Shown here in pieces: positions 60,192-61,090 of a stretch of 61,090 bases of DNA. The translations under genes were made by a program, and so were the position numbers. This DNA is from a virus. Taxonomy: Duplodnaviria > Caudoviricetes. Every line of letters starts with the position of its first letter. Within the stretch, counting starts at the first letter, position 1. The stretch spans positions 1 to 61,090 of the IMG/VR virus record IMGVR_UViG_3300024232_000010, one strand, 5' to 3'. The notes beneath the pieces are model-generated. The model made no database searches, was not told where the DNA came from, and saw only the letters and a list, made by a program, of their open reading frames with translations.

Positions 60192-60380
60192 CACCCCTGC
60201 CCACCGAACACGAAATCCTCGAACTCGGCACCCGCGCAGCGTTCTGGCTCGCCGCCGCAGACAGCGACCCCGCCTTCATGCTGGCCATGCACCAGCTCCT
60301 CGCCGCACCACCACGCAAGAAGACGAGCCCCGCAGACTACGGCGTCACCAGTACCAGATCGAACCCACCAGAGGTGTAAC

Positions 60381-60617
60381 TTGAACTGCACAGCGAAAAT
60401 CCGACCGTTCCCCAACCCCACCGAGCTGGCCTGCGAACACGACGGCACCGGCTGGCACGAACACCACGCCACCCTGCGCGACTACGCCTACCCAGGCTCA
60501 GCCACCATCATCACCTGGCACGAAGCCGACCGGCGCACCTACCGCGGCACCTGGCAGCCATGCACCGGCGAAGAATGCACCCTCCCCGCCGGGCACCCAG
60601 GACGCCACGCGACATGA
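60381..60617 (+). CDS. His/Cys-rich hypothetical protein
   Basis: C..C...H...H at both ends (CTLPAGHPGRH). Confidence 0.55.
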   Translation: MNCTAKIRPFPNPTELACEHDGTGWHEHHATLRDYAYPGSATIITWHEADRRTYRGTWQPCTGEECTLPAGHPGRHAT

Positions 60618-61090
60618 GCAGCACCGGTTCACAAGGAAATCAAGCTCGACCGCTGACAAGAGATAACCAGTACCAGCGGCGGCCAGCCACCGGATGCCCG
60701 ATCGACCCCACCAGCAGCAGGATCAGCCCGACCACCAGGCAGATGATCCCCAGCGTCCACAAGATCGAGATCCCCAGCAGGAACCCCAGGACCAGCAACA
60801 CGATACCGAGAATAATCATGACCCGCTCCTACCCTGAAACGAGCACATGAAGCCAGAAGACACGCTAACCGAAGGACGCGGACGGCCACTGCGCGAGGCA
60901 CTAGCACTCATCGCCCGCGCTGCCCTGCCTGATCCGGGTTTCGCCGAGGATATGCAAGACCTACTCGCTGATGCCGGGAAGGCTCCGGAAGAACCTTGGG
61001 CACCATAACGACCGCACCGGTGCGGGAGCGGCGGGAGCGGCGGTGGCGCGGTGGGCCGCGGATTTTTGTGCGGGGAGAGAAATCCGAGCG

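Noticed and set aside
61010-61070. GC-rich short repeats and a T-tract at the window end as a terminator or genome end
   Set aside because: The pairing is weak and the context is truncated, so it cannot be supported.

Overview
This is a partial genome of a high-GC tailed phage (siphovirus-like, HK97-type head). The host is probably an actinomycete, inferred from gene families, GC content and leaderless promoters. From ~45.1 kb down to ~0.4 kb the minus strand carries one long late region in this order: terminase, papain-like protease, portal, prohead protease, major capsid, small disordered peptides, a ~11.5 kb sugar-synthesis/glycosylation cluster, duplicated structural genes, an SGNH protein, an Ala/Thr/Pro repeat protein, head-tail genes, tail tube, frameshifted chaperones, tape measure, a minor tail protein and a lysis-like cassette. 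From ~45 to 61 kb the genes are mostly small plus-strand accessory genes: DNA methylase, HNH, SLOG, S24/S26 peptidase, GH5 hydrolase and many tiny zinc-finger ORFs, plus an atypical initiator-like tRNA-Met and several structured non-coding elements. No integrase, repressor or replication genes were seen, so the window is probably not a whole genome. The two strongest observations are (1) the large glycosylation cluster embedded between head and tail genes, with candidate acceptor proteins beside it, and (2) a conserved ~63-nt structured leader in front of both the major capsid and major tail genes. All family assignments come from motif recognition by eye; no database search was run.
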